Positions 40,801 to 48,741 of a DNA stretch of 64,000 nucleotides are shown here, one piece after another (within the stretch, counting starts at the first letter, position 1; the number at the start of each line of letters is the position of its first letter). The stretch spans positions 3,120 through 67,119 of IMG/VR virus record IMGVR_UViG_3300025000_000090; one strand, written 5' to 3'. The notes beneath the pieces were generated by a model. It searched no databases. It saw nothing but the letters and a program-made list of their open reading frames with translations, and had not been told where the DNA came from. The DNA comes from a virus. A program made the translations under genes and the position numbers.

Positions 40801-42828
40801 AATGATCTTTCAACAAGTAATCTTTCAATGGCTGCAATGGAAGCTGGTTTAACTGATAAGAATAAAGAAACCCAGCTAAAAGCATTAACAAACTTTATTA
40901 TTTACAATGATATATCAAAAGACTTAAATAAGATTCAGAGGACAGCCAATGTTGATAATAAGTTCTTAGGTTCTAACTTAAATGGAGTTGTTTCTAAATT
41001 GAAAAACTTTGAATCTGACATTAAGGGTACTTATATTGGTAATGGTGAAAATTTACATGTTGGAAGATATGGAGATACCACCCAGGGTAGCGCTTACAAG
41101 GTGGGTATTGAGAAATCAGTTAAATTATATTCTAATATACTACCAATAAACACCAATTTGATTAACAATTTATATGAGCAATTAGTTGAGCAAGCTGGTA
41201 GGGAATTATCCGAAGATGAATTACTTGATTTCAATATTGGGATTAGGAATGCTATCTACAATGAAGCAATTAAGGCTGTATTTGATATAAAAGATATACA
41301 AGCATACAGGACTTCATTATTACATGGAGATAATGCATTGGGGAATAGGGTTGTTAAGTTTAAAAAAGGTGATAATGTTCCATCATTCATAAAATCATTG
41401 AATGTAAACATTCCTACTGTAAAAGGAGATCCTATTACAATTACACATTCATCATCGAAGATTAACAAGAAAACCGTTGATTTGCAGAAACAACAAGATT
41501 GGTTGGATATGCTTAATTCTAAAGATGAAGTTACTAGGAAGTTGGCATTTGACTTAATGATTTATTCTATAACATTTGGTACTCAGAGAACTGCTAATGA
41601 TTTTGGTAGATTCTTGCCTAATGATTTTGTAGTATCTTCTGGATTATCTAAGTATTTAACTGGAGTTAATTTTAATGATGTTGATATGTCTGAATTAAGC
41701 AAGAATATGGTTGCTAATTTTAAAGTTCAATATATACAACATCTACCAAAGTATGCTAAGCTAGTTGCTGAAGAATCTATTGAAAGCAGAACTGATGATT
41801 CAATAACATTGAAAGTTAATGTTTGGAAGAAAGCTCCACACTTAATTGAAGAGTTCAATGACAAAACTTTTGAAACTACTTTATATAAGAAAGAAAAAGG
41901 TTTGTTATATAAGAAGATTGATTTACTTGGTAAAGGTGAATTAACTGCTTATAATATCTCTGATGCTTATGGTAAGAGTAAATCTGCAATAGTTAATACA
42001 GAGGAAAATAATGTTGAACCAACTTTTTTAGAGGCAAAACAGTCTAAGAAGATATTGGATGGTTTAGGATTTAACAAGGGTGTTTCTGGACTATTGACAG
42101 GACTCTCAAAAAGTGCGACAACTGAAGCTCATAAGGCATTAGCTGATTATTACCTAAGTAAGTCAGAACTATTAGACGCATTTAAATTAGAGAAATTTGA
42201 TCCAGAAAATCCAAAACATCATTCTTCTGGTAACAATTTAATGGTTAAGGGTAGAGTTGTTTCTGAAAATGGATTGATTCTTATTAATGAGAATGCTATT
42301 GAGAATAAGGCTGATTTAGAGCATACAATATTACATGAAGTAACTCATGCTTATACGGTTGAATTAGAGAAAAATAGGGCATTATTAACTCCAGAACAAT
42401 CTAAATTGTTTAAGGATTTAGATACTATGGTAGAATATGTTAAAAAGCAGAAAGGACATGAAAAATACTCTTATTATTTATCAAATACTAGGGAGTTTAT
42501 TTCAGGAACAATGTCTAATGCTGATTTTCAAGAATATCTAAATAGTGTTAATTACAAAACATCAAATATATTAGAGAAGATATTAGAGTTCTTTAAAAAG
42601 CTTGTTGAGCTTGATGTAAGAGTTAATAGTATGTTAGCTAATTCAATGCAGAATATAATCAAGATAATTGATTCTTCAGGTAAGGAACAACTACAATCAA
42701 TTAGGAAGGAAGCAAGTTTTGGATTAACAGTAGATGATATAGCAGAAGCTGAAGAAATAAGAAAAGAGTGTCAAGGATTAGGAAGTTCAATAAAAAGTAG
42801 TAAATTTGCAAAATTATTTAAAGAATAG
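31849..42828 (+). CDS. Giant virion-associated DNA-dependent RNA polymerase with C-terminal zincin
   Basis: 3659 aa. DPBB-RNAP motifs 'SDKT', 'KRI...PG', 'ADAQ', 'QPMKP', 'YIKSS', 'GYRIPTQ..SSM', 'MGTDNDGDKL' and 'VDNA'. HEVTH...'EFIS' near the C-terminus and TM-like segments at the N-terminus. Confidence 0.92.
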   Translation: MSIFDKQDIDPQTGLNIEQKDNSIFSRSRRTQPDLTPTQAGAYGVGQYFRDENLNLQDVVDAPEELNYNRANMQTGWELLGKSLAQGGIEATLGAAEGIAYALDFEEIFNHDKQASEGFDNWAAKGIRGFKENLQDDYFKIYQTRDAESGSLLDKMGDGTWWASQGKTMGTTLSLMFPAMGVAGIAGKIGKGINLASKIGKATAIGEAAAQAGLQGTAAALFSRKAESAMEANQKFQEDYQMHLQDPKTQMEALQPFKQEFDQITSEYDQLSKTLYNPSQENYQLLEGQRQQKLSELQGRMSQIKQTAIGNVDELAKKKAGEAASKVFKANAAMLPIDILQYSLLLKPLSGLKKTADTFGKSVLGKTASILAIQPASEAVEEGYQFVASEEATESVRTGEKMFGEGFGNRMSEYVKDPAFHESVFLGGAMGLLFEGAGPVARTAAERTAKYANALNSTRVAKDPNKTAKVASENRKDFITKSLINDNVDRNREDFKKVVETAKNNKDLTNEQRDEIVKNAETIIGDLDDVQKWESELISNEKFSENNQLRNQYVLAKLADKHVKENISKYKQAYNQELGKVELPDLTPVGENTKEHLNALRNELIDAQIYKNSLEHTINVTNNSDNKELNEKQRASLTSYLNKQLEAAKVVVENKTKELESKSGDFSQSKLAPANLEQLQEAKNYLTENQVKNQFIVAPTLSQFQKLTKEEATAKEKSLINTIAQEGNKTIESEIKTKLNRDLPLEYYEQLESELKDTKISESTKKTLQNKIKQLRIKKEAEIIKSSKNNEIPLPEEPVNKMDLSNVPEEQNTEFDFEGNDVEEAGNNSAISKNPEVVAFAEDISNGVVRNTPGDQQFYKNNSNDVEGELQRLQFVKNSIPKELTPETNAEDIVVETEENKEESTDIITQELPEEQTIEEEELESEESNSDYSFGIARVKQYDVNSDGKKTDSYDKDGNLIITDRNLLESSIPGKFAKGNKVILAVDMAFIEGNNNKDYLPIAIQTIEDHAAGKKPILWLRAKNPSKSDIAIRKYMFSQVNKTKKPNFSFTAETTIDQHLPAWINKTRQERPIAEQLIDGKTNNAHIAIGNHAMTVKTVDNNGNHIIAEDVRKFQPGTSYIMIKNSDSKWYAHKIYQKPISNERFDRIRAEWILNAHQMIIEFAKGNKIFEDIEDLRHEVSKYLNLNPAVFKDKKASIKLATKEGKFNNFFGIGQEANGDIELQLPGHMDGGKSYPYLKFTIKNVNGKLSIEKYIGKDDDVASYAKISQTELLKEFELRLTNMYPNIKEITDPELRNNFTRLQVTKEGLKRTEPQHYYQFLSDNKIAETRINGLKTPSGEVVFTTTPRIAINSNINSFTEVKKDLVEEVKKPEVSNKDLPIEPQNSFFNNMDNDFEEPVVPVSDDLVSQIDFNKASLKSFKANNDIVNTLHTNVLKILDAQKARTGYNNLYKAVAQVKADLEFARDNYNKFIDANLTPEEAAKNGVTTLGSRNQAIAETMTNILDNFEEKRNSDGNIDFIGYSEFINLKIDESSYEILSATDDEYEENSDEGEKNSDTEAYAVNRAFKEDPEKSMDAKVRRLFYDIPLRNNKRQKVPNQIWQPIYIDSGVVFNYLIDQLVGTNPDEIMDEMRQLAEYNDIAKDVLDKLDKLAQTNPDVVKSFIVTMTKQQANFMTLKYIFSKDAEYLPTVKIIHTNRSGISDVLASTWEEVLNYDLNSSNDFETINGNVKISVKKREELVKKYNAIGKDDLKGDFIASMASIGVKFSERAYDQLQKDFEKKRKPFIRRFGGTAQGSSFKKFLDNAFGPIFNDAIAKGDSPYRDQSAAIKNLAFYQSKFETDATSRMHRNSNGDSVYSYVTPSHMSRILNDLKNNPAKVEELMMDKFSGKSTILKDIQKYNQLKALPILDGNQQVELERLSEEIKSLGVVYFDASKNDVSGAFPRNYEKQSIVERELTKISLYINNGSNISQIFTPTPSDKTMFTLFQSLRINTRSIVLADGQLKITGKEKYKSEANPIINKLKDLLVQSEIDRINHVSMLFSQAVKNKDFSNLIEGYHYIKVGKDYKPGAGTYFFFIPELNKVVNEQNIRNQETGELSVDFADSKVVKQVMLSGIQSLVKEKLAIWERIGITKDGIFKSVDKSVLEKYGKDPSNLAISYVINSMSVLANEYMLITNDPARFGKTDDYSGNYEDYEQLLESTSANMFKRIAKDIAPGTQAEWEVNHYRVMMIAEPKFASELASYNETFKKAYGDIKLADAQEWTTLEEHINVLKAYGEITNEEYDDILKNKENLSDTQIEIILQPMKPVQVFNVFEADLKENIPYYIKSSSFPLIPQIAKQFPQLNRMMQIMYKNDIQRVAPKSATKTGYRNAVDLTSTKDFEKDGITLKKNKRTGLDKAITLSRDGFRIQQKFPYDLEKETDLEGSQLRRLLTANMIDTDGNALVFDLNGKQKSGLELKELNDEIHTELYNRRFNDLLEKLSANETVNGITLNDVNELRKLMVEEAVNKEYGYNEILALRTVEFNGKNTFETPLFFHPMIHKIESILTSIMKNRVLKLKLPGKSSVQGSPYGFVTTLEEFNKTIGKNNVIIYSKDYDATKGLSYKKNADGSIEAEIFLPIPFKKNGKPVNTSEYTKDGYIDLTKLSPQMLEMIGYRIPTQKASSMMRLKVAGFLPQTVGDLIITPPELYAQMGTDNDGDKLKLHWYNYNIASTGKIQKIAIGSVVKDMSNEQLQNLSIDIMHSVMRHPEIVNRTINPLENKDIQNVVDALDKAKGKKTSTNKMGLSVINDNMQSDMVAIQAAGKAGIAIESVAVTMHALGQYAGLYITANPNRSTSVKFSNTDETAGEFTDKAEGNTVDDSLNYEHPQSEGAWRLDKIFGFDGKMISDVLVNIQNESVDNANNRLLFPMNLNEVTFDVANLIARAGFNERFIGFFLNQPIILEYVEELNKLNRFDEKNFTPNKVKQLQLRMLNSVGAKIEFDDLNDLSTSNLSMAAMEAGLTDKNKETQLKALTNFIIYNDISKDLNKIQRTANVDNKFLGSNLNGVVSKLKNFESDIKGTYIGNGENLHVGRYGDTTQGSAYKVGIEKSVKLYSNILPINTNLINNLYEQLVEQAGRELSEDELLDFNIGIRNAIYNEAIKAVFDIKDIQAYRTSLLHGDNALGNRVVKFKKGDNVPSFIKSLNVNIPTVKGDPITITHSSSKINKKTVDLQKQQDWLDMLNSKDEVTRKLAFDLMIYSITFGTQRTANDFGRFLPNDFVVSSGLSKYLTGVNFNDVDMSELSKNMVANFKVQYIQHLPKYAKLVAEESIESRTDDSITLKVNVWKKAPHLIEEFNDKTFETTLYKKEKGLLYKKIDLLGKGELTAYNISDAYGKSKSAIVNTEENNVEPTFLEAKQSKKILDGLGFNKGVSGLLTGLSKSATTEAHKALADYYLSKSELLDAFKLEKFDPENPKHHSSGNNLMVKGRVVSENGLILINENAIENKADLEHTILHEVTHAYTVELEKNRALLTPEQSKLFKDLDTMVEYVKKQKGHEKYSYYLSNTREFISGTMSNADFQEYLNSVNYKTSNILEKILEFFKKLVELDVRVNSMLANSMQNIIKIIDSSGKEQLQSIRKEASFGLTVDDIAEAEEIRKECQGLGSSIKSSKFAKLFKE
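42778..42808 (+). promoter_or_regulatory. Putative promoter for ferritin inside the vRNAP 3' end
   Basis: TTAG(42778)-N19-TAAATTTG(42801), ending 25 nt before the ferritin ATG. Confidence 0.45.
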
Positions 42829-42833
42829 GAATT

Positions 42834-43322
42834 ATGTATATAAGTAAAAAAATAGAAGAATTAATCAATCAAAGAATTTTAGAAGAGGAAAAATCTAGTA
42901 GGCTCTATTTAGCAATGAGTAAGTATTTAAACTTTTCTGGGTATTTTGGGGCATCTAAATTATGGAAAAAATATGCAGATGAAGAAATGGAACATGCTAG
43001 TTGGGCTTATGATTACTTAGAGAAATTAAACATATTACCAACAGTACCAACTCTACCAGCTCCAATAATGGAGTTTGATGGTTTGTGTGATATATGTAGT
43101 AAATCTTTAGACCATGAAATTTCCATAACCGAATCCTGTAATGATTTAGCAAAAGTTGCTACAATAGAATTTGATTTCATGACATTAGAATTAGCCCAAA
43201 GATATTTAAAGGAACAAAGTGAGGAAGTTGAGAAGCAAACCTATTGGAAAGATAGGATTTTACTGTTTGGTGAAGACAAGATGATGTTGAGAATGCTTGA
43301 TGAGGAAATGGGTAGTATTTAA
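42834..43322 (+). CDS. ftnA: Non-heme ferritin (FtnA-like)
   Basis: 162 aa with the ferroxidase pattern E..SS.LYLAM, EE.EHA, HE..IT and EQ.EE intact. Confidence 0.92.
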   Translation: MYISKKIEELINQRILEEEKSSRLYLAMSKYLNFSGYFGASKLWKKYADEEMEHASWAYDYLEKLNILPTVPTLPAPIMEFDGLCDICSKSLDHEISITESCNDLAKVATIEFDFMTLELAQRYLKEQSEEVEKQTYWKDRILLFGEDKMMLRMLDEEMGSI

Positions 43323-43337
43323 TTTAAACTATAAACA

Positions 43338-46300
43338 ATGGTATTTTGTCCACCTGTAGGAAGTTCTGAATTTAAAGAACTAGAGGGAATATTTGGAGAG
43401 AGATTAGCATATCTATTATGGCATAAGAATGGTGGACATCCACTTGAATTAGATTCGGATGGTAGTCCCAGTAAGTTATTTGAGGATATCAAAGCTAATC
43501 CAATGGTTAAGACTAGGGAGCAGGCTTTGAGAGTTAAGGCAAGGAGTTTCTTTATTAAGAAGGAGGGTAGTAAATCTCATGATATATATTCAAAATTAGG
43601 AAATAAAACCGCATCTGAAAATGTAGTTATTAGCAAAACTCCTTGGAAATCTGGTATTCCAAATTCTATTGTGGCGATGAGAAGTGATACCAATTTGTAT
43701 GGTAATCCATTTTCTCCACTAGAAGATACTACACAGAAAACAAATAAAGTAGATAAACCTAAAGATGCAGTAAATGCATTTATTGATTGGTTAACTACAG
43801 ATAAATATATTACAGTAGAACCTAAAAGAAGAGAGGCTTTATTAAATAAGTTAAAATCTGGAGAATTAAAGGGAAAAACTATTGTATATTATAAAGAAGC
43901 TGAAGAACCAATGCATTCGACTGCTTTAGATTATTTGATTAATAAATATGATTGGAGCAACCAAACTCCAGACAATTTACTTGTAAATATAAATGATATT
44001 AGAATAAGTAAAGCTGATTTAACAAATAATAGATCAAACTTATATACTGATGATTTAATAACTCAAGAAGAATATGATAAGCTACCATTTAAAGATTATG
44101 GTGGGGCTAAAATAGAGACATTCAGGGATAAAAGTATGGCATTGATATATGCTGATAAATATGGTGCAAGTATATGGGATGTTGTTAAGAATGGTCACAT
44201 TATGTATAAAGTGGTTATTTCGGCTCCAGCATCATATGTAGCCAATTTAGAAGTAAATAAAGAAAAAATCCCATTACACGTACAGGAAATAATAGCAGCA
44301 AAGAGAAATAGAATATTAGCCTTTAAAAACAAATTGTCACAAAAGACACCTAGAGCAGCAGAAATAAAGGCTAATATCTCTTTGTTACAAGCACAGATTA
44401 AGAAGATTGAGGATGAGTATGATAATGATTCTTTAAGGAAGACTTTGTTCAATGATATTAAGACTATTGAAAACAATCTTAATGCAGTTAGGGAAGAACT
44501 TAAAGATCCAAATCTTGATGATAAAAGTCTGAGAAATTTAATGGAAGTATTGATAGAAAATTCTTATAATACCAAAGGTTGGTTGTATATGTTTAATTCT
44601 ATCAATGAAGAATTTACTGAGTTTAAGGATTCTATTAGGGATTTACAAGGGCCATTAAGTAAACAAAATGATTTATATCATCATTTAATGGCTGATGTTT
44701 ATTTAAGGTATATTAACCAAAAGACATATAGAAGTAATTTCTCAAGAGAGGATATTCTTGGAGCAGTTAAAGATATGTCTTCTGCTGATGCTAATTTCTA
44801 CAGCATAGGAGAGTCGCACATTCATTTATTAGCTACAGTTGATGATTTACTAAAGGATGTTGCTAATAAGATAAATCAGGCCTATTTAAAGAGGTTTTCT
44901 GAAATTGATAAACGTAAGAATGATTTAAAGGTTTATACTGGTAAAAATGAAGAAGAGGTTTCCAAGATGTTTTTGCAATATGATAAGGATGGTAATTGGA
45001 CTGGTAACTATATAGGAAGATATAGTCAAGAATTCTTTAATGAAAGACAATCTAGAGCTGATAAGGCTAAAAAAGATGATAATTGGAAACCATACTTTGA
45101 TTGGGTTAAAAAAAATACAACTGAAATATCATATGCTGATCTAAAAAGGATTGAAAAATCTAATATGGAAGATCTTGAAAAACTTCCAGAGGATTATAAA
45201 TTGGGTGTATTTTCAAAGGAAGAAATTATTAAGCAGAAAAAGATGCTTGATAAATATAATGAGGCTAAACAAGCCCAAATAGATGCCATGTCTATTACTG
45301 GTAGATATTCTGATGGAGAGTTTATTGAGAAGAATGGTAAATCTATATATGTTAATGAACAGAAATCTGGTAATTTAAGGTTGGATGATGAATTCTATTT
45401 AGAATTAGACAATTGGGAACAACTTAATTCTCCATTTCTATATACAAAATCTAAAAATAGGAAAGAGAAAAAAGGTTATAATTACATGGTAAACAATAAA
45501 CCTAATGGAAATTGGATTGATCCTGCATATGCTAAAATTGAAAGTGATAAAACTCTTTATGAATTTTACAGATACATGAAGACCACCTTCCATGAAAATA
45601 ATGAGTATATGCCTTATTTTAATAACCTTCATGAGAATTATTTACCAGAAATAGAATTATCACTACTTGATAAGATTAAGAAGGCCGAGATGGCTGATAA
45701 ATGGGGATTGCTAACTAATGACTTAAAGATAGCATTAACTGATGATGCCATTAAACAGGAAAATGGTAGATCTGTTATTGCCGGTAAGGAGATTAAAGGC
45801 ATTCCAGTCCATACAATGGAAAATAAGCTACTTATAACAAATAAATCAAGCAATATATTTGAAGCACTACTTGAACATTCTAAGAATGCCTTTAATTATA
45901 AGTATAAGGCAGAAATTGAACCTATGGTTAATGCTGCTAGTGATTTATTAGAGGAAATTGAGGAAGTTCAAGAGATTGATATTGATGGTAAACCGGTAAA
46001 TAAAACTAAATTAGGACTCCCATATAAATCTAAAGGTAAATTAGTTGAAGCTAAAGCTGCTTTAAAACATGCTATTGATGGAACTGTTTATGGAGATTAT
46101 AAGGAATCAGAAGGTAGGAGTTCTAAAGGATTTACTGTCATAGATGCATCTGGCAAGAAAATTGATAGGAAATTCTCAGCTAGTAATGCTGTAGATAATC
46201 TAAATTCATTTACTTTCAAATTACAGATGAGTTTTCCAAACGTAATTACCCCTACGGTGAATGCCGCCATGGGTATTGTAACAGGCATGACTTATGCTGC

Positions 46301-47462
46301 TGGTGGTAAGGATATTTCTGAAAGAGAGATGGCAAAAGGTTTTGTTACAATGATGAGCATATCTTCACTTACATTTGGGGCTAAGACTAATGAAAAATTG
46401 GCTAAGAAAGTATATGCCTTCATGAGCAGACTTAATGTTATTGGAGATATCAAAGAAGGAACTACTGGTAAAAAGACTTTTGGTGAGGTGATTACCATAT
46501 TACAGTCAAAAGCTGAATTCTTTAACCAAGGAGCTATAATGGTTGCATTATTAAAGACTCAGAAGCTTAAAGACAAAAACGGTAAACAAGTAACTGTTTT
46601 TGATGCATATAATGAAGTTGATGGTGAATTAGTATGGAATACTGAGTTAATGGGAGAACATAAGGAAGTTACTTCAGACAGAATATTTAGTGAAGACTTA
46701 AATCAAGTAAATATAACCTCATTAAGTCAATATGTTGATACTGTAAATAAATCAATCACTGGAGATTACAAAAATAGAATGATGATTAAAAAGAAGGCTA
46801 TGTGGAGGGCTGTTATGTTATATAAAACATGGATTCCACAAGCAATTAAACATAGGTTTGGTGCAGAAAAGTTTAATAAAGACTTATTGGCTGAAGGAGG
46901 TGGTAGAGGTAGAACTACTAAAGGTAGATACTTATCATATGGTTCAGCTAAAGATATTGCGGGATTAGATGTTCCATTTAAGAAAGTTGTTGAAATTATG
47001 CTTAAAGGAATACTTTCTAAAAAAGCCTTTAGTGAGTTATCAGAGGTTGATAGAGTTAATTTAATGAGAAATCTTAGAGAACTTGAATATATTGGTATGA
47101 TTTGGGGAGCAATAGCTATATTACAAGCAATGTTTGGAGATGATGATGACGATAGTTGGGCATTGAAGATGGCAATTAATACATTATCTAAGACACAAGC
47201 AGATATGATGTTCTTCTTAAATCCAAATAGTACGGGCCAAGTGTTTAAGAATGTAATACCATTAATGTCAACTGTAGGAGATTTTGTTAGTGCCGTTGGA
47301 TCTGTAGCTAAAACGGTTCAAGGTGAGGGTATATATGAGAATGGACCTTGGAAAGGATATTCAAAAACTGGAGTTGGAGTTATGAGAATAGTTCCAGGAG
47401 CTTCAGGAAGTGTTAAAATGTGGAATTATGGAAGTAGGGTTTTTACCTATAATAACAACTAG
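43338..47462 (+). CDS. Large cargo/ejection protein with an inserted DUF4326-like domain
   Basis: 1374 aa with N-terminal 'CP...EFKEL...G...AY..W', 'GNPF...LKGK...H..AL' near residues 120-200, 'I.GDY', 'YKTWIP...RFG...GRY' and C-terminal hydrophobic helices. Confidence 0.75.
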   Translation: MVFCPPVGSSEFKELEGIFGERLAYLLWHKNGGHPLELDSDGSPSKLFEDIKANPMVKTREQALRVKARSFFIKKEGSKSHDIYSKLGNKTASENVVISKTPWKSGIPNSIVAMRSDTNLYGNPFSPLEDTTQKTNKVDKPKDAVNAFIDWLTTDKYITVEPKRREALLNKLKSGELKGKTIVYYKEAEEPMHSTALDYLINKYDWSNQTPDNLLVNINDIRISKADLTNNRSNLYTDDLITQEEYDKLPFKDYGGAKIETFRDKSMALIYADKYGASIWDVVKNGHIMYKVVISAPASYVANLEVNKEKIPLHVQEIIAAKRNRILAFKNKLSQKTPRAAEIKANISLLQAQIKKIEDEYDNDSLRKTLFNDIKTIENNLNAVREELKDPNLDDKSLRNLMEVLIENSYNTKGWLYMFNSINEEFTEFKDSIRDLQGPLSKQNDLYHHLMADVYLRYINQKTYRSNFSREDILGAVKDMSSADANFYSIGESHIHLLATVDDLLKDVANKINQAYLKRFSEIDKRKNDLKVYTGKNEEEVSKMFLQYDKDGNWTGNYIGRYSQEFFNERQSRADKAKKDDNWKPYFDWVKKNTTEISYADLKRIEKSNMEDLEKLPEDYKLGVFSKEEIIKQKKMLDKYNEAKQAQIDAMSITGRYSDGEFIEKNGKSIYVNEQKSGNLRLDDEFYLELDNWEQLNSPFLYTKSKNRKEKKGYNYMVNNKPNGNWIDPAYAKIESDKTLYEFYRYMKTTFHENNEYMPYFNNLHENYLPEIELSLLDKIKKAEMADKWGLLTNDLKIALTDDAIKQENGRSVIAGKEIKGIPVHTMENKLLITNKSSNIFEALLEHSKNAFNYKYKAEIEPMVNAASDLLEEIEEVQEIDIDGKPVNKTKLGLPYKSKGKLVEAKAALKHAIDGTVYGDYKESEGRSSKGFTVIDASGKKIDRKFSASNAVDNLNSFTFKLQMSFPNVITPTVNAAMGIVTGMTYAAGGKDISEREMAKGFVTMMSISSLTFGAKTNEKLAKKVYAFMSRLNVIGDIKEGTTGKKTFGEVITILQSKAEFFNQGAIMVALLKTQKLKDKNGKQVTVFDAYNEVDGELVWNTELMGEHKEVTSDRIFSEDLNQVNITSLSQYVDTVNKSITGDYKNRMMIKKKAMWRAVMLYKTWIPQAIKHRFGAEKFNKDLLAEGGGRGRTTKGRYLSYGSAKDIAGLDVPFKKVVEIMLKGILSKKAFSELSEVDRVNLMRNLRELEYIGMIWGAIAILQAMFGDDDDDSWALKMAINTLSKTQADMMFFLNPNSTGQVFKNVIPLMSTVGDFVSAVGSVAKTVQGEGIYENGPWKGYSKTGVGVMRIVPGASGSVKMWNYGSRVFTYNNN

Positions 47463-47483
47463 CCCAGTGCTGAAAAGGGGGTT

Positions 47484-47516
47484 AAAGGGGCTATCTTGAC
47501 GATAGCTCCTTTTTTT
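47484..47516. terminator. Bidirectional terminator at the convergence of the two modules
   Basis: AAAGGGGCTATC-TTGAC-GATAGCTCC followed by T7, between convergent genes. Confidence 0.88.
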
Positions 47517-47517
47517 A

Positions 47518-47967
47518 TTATCTACTTACTTTAATTACCGAATCTGGATAATCAATGCAAGCTTTTAAATATTCTTTAACGAAATTGACCAATCCATCAT
47601 AATCACCCCATTTGTTTTCTGGATTATATTTTTTGTATTTCTTAGGATCGCTCTTTAACCTTGCTAAACCCTTAACTAAACAAAGAATCAAATCTTTAGC
47701 ATAAATCAATCCTATTTCTTCTGGTCTCCATAAAGCATAATATATTCCAGCCTTAGAAGCCATGATATTTAGATTATGAGTTATATTGTATTCAAAATCA
47801 TACTCATCTTCTTTATATGAAATTCTTCCATCAGGTTTCCAGTTGGGATACATCTCCTTGGCTTCTTTAACGGTTAATTCTACAGATTGACCATTTCTTC
47901 TTACATAAATTCCAGTTACAAACGGTTTTAATCTTGTAGTGCTTTTTAAATATACATTTAAACCCAT
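47518..47967 (-). CDS. Conserved phage hypothetical protein
   Basis: 'MGL.VYL', 'NITHNL..MA..AG.Y..LW.P' and 'NPENKWG.Y'. Confidence 0.7.
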   Translation of the reverse strand: MGLNVYLKSTTRLKPFVTGIYVRRNGQSVELTVKEAKEMYPNWKPDGRISYKEDEYDFEYNITHNLNIMASKAGIYYALWRPEEIGLIYAKDLILCLVKGLARLKSDPKKYKKYNPENKWGDYDGLVNFVKEYLKACIDYPDSVIKVSR

Positions 47968-48255
47968 CTAATCCTCCTTAACTCTAAATCCATACATTAA
48001 ATTATACCACATAAACCATTTATCCAAAGATTTCTTGGTTTTGCTATTAAAACTCATCAATTGTTGTCTAGCTTTTAAATTATTTTTTAAATAATCTTTA
48101 ACCCAAATTTCAAAAGAATTTTGCTGCTTAGTAGTCCAAGCGACATCTTGAAACCAACTTTGACTATCAAAATCAATGTTTTCAAATCTTACATTAGCAA
48201 ATTTACATTGTTTTCTGATAACCTCTTCCATGTATTGTATGTTTGTCCAATCCAT
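47968..48255 (-). CDS. Hypothetical protein
   Basis: 95-aa ORF, tightly packed with its neighbours. Confidence 0.65.
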   Translation of the reverse strand: MDWTNIQYMEEVIRKQCKFANVRFENIDFDSQSWFQDVAWTTKQQNSFEIWVKDYLKNNLKARQQLMSFNSKTKKSLDKWFMWYNLMYGFRVKED

Positions 48256-48257
48256 AA

Positions 48258-48521
48258 TTAATCAAATTCAGAAACCTTCAAATTACGATTTTCTAATCCG
48301 CATACTAAAGCATAATAAATATCTATTGGATATATAATAAATCCATCTTCATCGTCCTTCATACAAGTAATTCCCATCAAAGCGTCTTCATATTTTTCCA
48401 TATTAATATCAGGAAATTTACTTAGTAAATCTTTTTGTTCTGATGCTATAAATCCCCAAGGATGTTTTGTCTTGTAATTAAATACAAGTCTATGAATTTC
48501 ATTTTTATTTATATTTTCCAT
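48258..48521 (-). CDS. Hypothetical protein
   Basis: 87-aa ORF, tightly packed with its neighbours. Confidence 0.65.
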   Translation of the reverse strand: MENINKNEIHRLVFNYKTKHPWGFIASEQKDLLSKFPDINMEKYEDALMGITCMKDDEDGFIIYPIDIYYALVCGLENRNLKVSEFD

Positions 48522-48724
48522 TCTACCACATTATTAATTTCTTCTTTGGTTCTTGCTATATATTCATAACAATTACTTGTTTTAGTTTGCCAATGAATAC
48601 AGCCGCATATAGAGCATTTAAAGACATCAAATACTTCAATTGGATCATCTTCCTCATGTTGATATTTAAAGTCTTTAATTAGTTCTAAAGTACCTATATT
48701 TAAACAACATTTGCACTTATCCAT
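48509..48724 (-). CDS. Small zinc-ribbon protein
   Basis: CKCC...CSICG motifs. Confidence 0.6.
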   Translation of the reverse strand: MDKCKCCLNIGTLELIKDFKYQHEEDDPIEVFDVFKCSICGCIHWQTKTSNCYEYIARTKEEINNVVEWKI

Positions 48725-48741
48725 TTGCAGTCTTAACTATT

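Noticed and set aside
870-46498. Short ORFs antisense to or nested in the structural genes
   Set aside because: They are shadows of long coding frames, with no motifs or plausible leaders.
21-47462. Introns or inteins in portal, MCP or vRNAP
   Set aside because: The reading frames are continuous. No intein C/S...HN junctions or embedded endonuclease motifs were noticed.
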